Of a stretch of DNA of 64,000 nt, positions 61,340 through 64,000 are shown piece after piece. The notes under the pieces were generated by a model. It worked only from the letters and a program-made list of their open reading frames with translations, ran no database searches and was not told where the DNA came from. This DNA is from a bacterium (lineage in GTDB: Bacteria > UBA10199 > 2-02-FULL-50-16 > JAJFLM01), in the NCBI GenBank assembly GCA_965216315.1, contig CBDCFN010000016.1, positions 1,664,001 through 1,728,000 on the forward strand, given 5' to 3'. The translations under genes and the position numbers were made by a program. The number at the start of each line of letters is the position of its first letter. Position 1 is the first letter of the stretch.

Positions 61340-62014
61340 ATGTCTTATCTTCGTCGCTTACTCATTGCATCTCCCCACCTGATCTTAATCATATGGCTTA
61401 GTGCGTGCCAGCAAGGCGCCTTCATGTCTGCGGAAACCCCGCAGGAGGCTACTGCTGACATTGAAAGTACCGCCGCTGCCGAAAAAGACGGGACGGTCCC
61501 GGCACCCACTGCGCATGAGTGGCTCGAAGAAACCAAGTACAAGGTCCAAGTGATCCATTGGAAAGACGAATGTCCTTGGGACGACTCAACGGAATTCTTC
61601 GATAAGCTCGCGGCCGACTCCATCGCGAGTCCTCTCATCCAAAAGGCGTCCGCCGAACAATACGTCTGTGGCCAATCCCCCTGCTACGATGACCCAATGA
61701 ATGCGATGCCCATGTTTAAAGCCGGCTACTATCTCGTGTTTCGAATCAAAGCCGAATTCAATGACAAGGGATATGACCCAAGCCTTGCGACCTTTAATAG
61801 TTTAGCCGAGCTAAAAGCAGCCGTTCATAACATCCACGGTGAATTTGTCGGCGAGCAATGCACCCTGTCCCTCCGTGAGATGGAACTCTCACCGGCCAAT
61901 AGAATGGGCGGAAGGGTTACCGACATAGAAAGCGCTGATGAGTCGGATAGCGAAGACTCGCCCCTCATTGAGTTCTCGCCGCGCAAGCGTCTCCGCAAGC
62001 CGTTAAGCAAATAG
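61340..62014 (+). CDS. hypothetical lipoprotein
   Basis: Lipobox LSAC; weak sigma28-like motif CAACTC-N14-TCCGATAC at 61288-61315. Confidence 0.7.
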   Translation: MSYLRRLLIASPHLILIIWLSACQQGAFMSAETPQEATADIESTAAAEKDGTVPAPTAHEWLEETKYKVQVIHWKDECPWDDSTEFFDKLAADSIASPLIQKASAEQYVCGQSPCYDDPMNAMPMFKAGYYLVFRIKAEFNDKGYDPSLATFNSLAELKAAVHNIHGEFVGEQCTLSLREMELSPANRMGGRVTDIESADESDSEDSPLIEFSPRKRLRKPLSK

Positions 62015-62186
62015 TTCACGCGCACAACCCGACCGTTTGACTCGATACTAGTTCCCATTTATGTGAATTAATATGCCCTCATTTGAGCACATAAAATATG
62101 TTCTCTCTCTAGAGCCCAACAGCTATATATTAAAATAAGCTATAAATATTAGGTAGTTATATAATAATCTTCGAGGCGCCTCAAGA

Positions 62187-62202
62187 TGGCATAGGCCTTG
62201 CA
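62187..62202 (+). promoter_or_regulatory. sigma54 (-24/-12) promoter
   Basis: TGGCATAGGCCTTGCA, near consensus; AT-rich tract and imperfect palindrome (about 62072-62091) upstream. Confidence 0.75.
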
Positions 62203-62250
62203 ACACTCTGAATTGGGTTCACACTAATTTTGTTTTATTGGAGGTCTGAT

Positions 62251-64000
62251 ATGTTGAAAAAAATCTTATTCGTTAGCTTGGCCACATTGGCCCTTATACA
62301 CGTAGCAAGCGGCACTATCTTAGCAGCGCCGCAAGAGGCCCTCAGGGCAGATTGTGTCGCTCACCTTGCTGACCGCGAGGTTCGCCTCGACAGTCGCTGC
62401 ATTTATGAAGAGTTAATCCATCGGGAAGATACGATAAATCCAGATGAAACTGATGACTTAATGCATCGGGAAGATACGATAAATCCTGATGAAGAGGTCG
62501 GCGGTGAACGCGACCGCGACCCAGTTCGTGAGCCGTATCCGGAAGCGGAACCAGAACTGGATGATCCGTTAGCAGAAAACCCTGAGGAAGAAGTCATCGA
62601 TGACTCTACTTTCGATGAAGTTGAAGAAGCTTTAGAAGACAGCATCGAGCCCGAGGAAGTGGCAGAGATTGAAGACGAACTCGACGAAGAAATTCTGGCA
62701 GGCGAACCCATCTTCATTCAAGGCGGCGGCTCAGGCTGCGCTTTGACTCAAGCGGCGCCCACAAATGATCTGGGCGGAATCGCGGGCCTCTTATTCGGCG
62801 CCATATTCCTGCTCTTCATCGTGCGTCGGAGATCATCGCAGCGTTTCGTCCGCGCATCACTCGTGTTGTTTGCCATTGCCGCATTGGCAATGGGTTGTTC
62901 AAATAGTAGCACGGGACCGTCGGATCCGGGTCCCGTTTCAGGCCCTGAGATTGTCGATCCTGAGATTCCTTCAGTCGACGAAGCGGATCCTGAAGCAGCG
63001 GAAACCGATACCCCCCCTTCCGTAGAAGATGAGATTGAAACCGAAGAAGAAGACGTCGAGCCTGAAGAAGAAGGCAGCGCTGAAATTGATCCAGAAGCGG
63101 GCGAAGAAGCGGAGGAAGAAGAGAGCTATACGGAACTAACGGTTCCAAACTTGCTCGGCACCATGCATGTTATTCTTCCTCAATTGGTTCCCGGTACTGA
63201 GGACGGGGCCGCCTTTGATCGTTTTGGTTATGCCATTGCCTCGAGCGGAAATACCGTTATCGTCGGGGCCCCCCGTGATGACGATAATCACTGGGGAGGA
63301 ATCGGTAACAACTCAGGAGCCGTCTATATTTATGAGCGCCGCACGAACGGTTCTTGGAACCGTCAAAAGATCGATCTCGCGAGTGATTACAATGACCGTT
63401 TTGGCTATTCCGTCGCCATTAGTGGCAATCGCGCCATCGTCGGTGTTCCCGGAGATGATGAGAACGGAACGGATTCCGGGGCCGCTTACATCCTCGAGCG
63501 CGACGCCGCCGGCAACTGGAATTCTCTAAGAATTAAGACAAATAATCCCATCGCCCGGGCGGCCTTCGGTCACGCAGTCGCCATCAGTGGTAATTTTGCG
63601 GTTGTCGGCGCCCCCAATGAAGACTCCGACGCGGCCATTGACACGGGTGCCATCTACACCTTTGAGCGGCAAGCCCCAGGCGCTTGGGAACAAGAACAAA
63701 AACTCACCGCTAGGGACGATGCCGCAGCCGGCGATGTCTTCGGACAAGCCGTTGCCATCAGCGGTGATTATCTTGTTGCCGGGGCTCCCAGCAACCGTGC
63801 GAGCGAGGCCGGCAAGGCCTACCTCTTTCGACGCGGTGACATCGAAATACCTGTAACTTGCCCAGAAGGTGAAGAATACGACGAACACGGTAACCGTAAC
63901 TATTGTTATCCCGGAGCCCTTATCACCGGCTGGATACGCGAGCACAAATTCGATGAGTCGCTATCTAGCATTGCAAGCGAAATATCTACTGGAGATCGAT
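62251..64000 (+). CDS. partial surface protein: signal peptide, acidic region, internal CTERM-like anchor plus lipobox, FG-GAP repeats (runs off window)
   Basis: Not in ORF track (no stop in window). GGAGGT RBS; open frame MLKKILFVSL...; FGYAIASSGNTVIVGAP, FGYSVAISGNRAIVGVP, FGHAVAISGNFAVVGAP, FGQAVAISGDYLVAGAP. Confidence 0.9.
   Translation, partial: MLKKILFVSLATLALIHVASGTILAAPQEALRADCVAHLADREVRLDSRCIYEELIHREDTINPDETDDLMHREDTINPDEEVGGERDRDPVREPYPEAEPELDDPLAENPEEEVIDDSTFDEVEEALEDSIEPEEVAEIEDELDEEILAGEPIFIQGGGSGCALTQAAPTNDLGGIAGLLFGAIFLLFIVRRRSSQRFVRASLVLFAIAALAMGCSNSSTGPSDPGPVSGPEIVDPEIPSVDEADPEAAETDTPPSVEDEIETEEEDVEPEEEGSAEIDPEAGEEAEEEESYTELTVPNLLGTMHVILPQLVPGTEDGAAFDRFGYAIASSGNTVIVGAPRDDDNHWGGIGNNSGAVYIYERRTNGSWNRQKIDLASDYNDRFGYSVAISGNRAIVGVPGDDENGTDSGAAYILERDAAGNWNSLRIKTNNPIARAAFGHAVAISGNFAVVGAPNEDSDAAIDTGAIYTFERQAPGAWEQEQKLTARDDAAAGDVFGQAVAISGDYLVAGAPSNRASEAGKAYLFRRGDIEIPVTCPEGEEYDEHGNRNYCYPGALITGWIREHKFDESLSSIASEISTGDR

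Noticed and set aside
62419..62493. 45-bp duplication (HREDTINPDE x2)
   Set aside because: Minor slippage within a low-complexity acidic linker
62403..63945. Short ORFs listed in the track at the window end
   Set aside because: Explained by the single unterminated plus-strand ORF starting at 62251

Overview
A 64-kb chromosomal window from a bacterium that looks deltaproteobacterial (Myxococcota/Bdellovibrionota-like; judged by eye from the 16S and gene content, not from a database search). It contains: a thiol/redox-stress neighbourhood (DsrE, MsrB, GST, NnrS, TauE, CDGSH proteins, pirin, DCC, YqjG); pckA, SMUG1-type UDG and fxsA; a CzcA/TolC metal-efflux operon with no membrane-fusion gene; mscL and a K+ channel; an accessory stretch (about 29.7-40.5 kb) of small secreted orphans, gene relics, a 1260-aa M4 peptidase and a PIN protein; a complete minus-strand rRNA operon (16S, tRNA-Ile, tRNA-Ala, 23S, 5S); two CSLREA/choice-of-anchor-Q surface proteins; a sigma54-type lipoprotein operon; a FadF-like Fe-S oxidoreductase; and a partial FG-GAP protein absent from the ORF track. 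Top leads: (1) three secreted Cys-rich proteins end in the same membrane-helix-free tail G-G-C-S-L-I-[RK]-stop, a candidate CaaX-like sorting/lipidation signal. (2) One ORF carries an internal MYXO-CTERM-like anchor followed by an internal lipoprotein signal, a possible polyprotein. (3) About 9 orphan or poorly characterised genes share a sigma28-like promoter ([CA]AACNN-N12/13-RCCGAWAR), often leaderless, and three share an N-terminal motif. (4) A covarying structured element of about 190 nt follows each ITS tRNA. (5) A small secreted protein carries two R-body (RebB) N-terminal motifs. No CRISPR array, integrase or intact transposase was seen.
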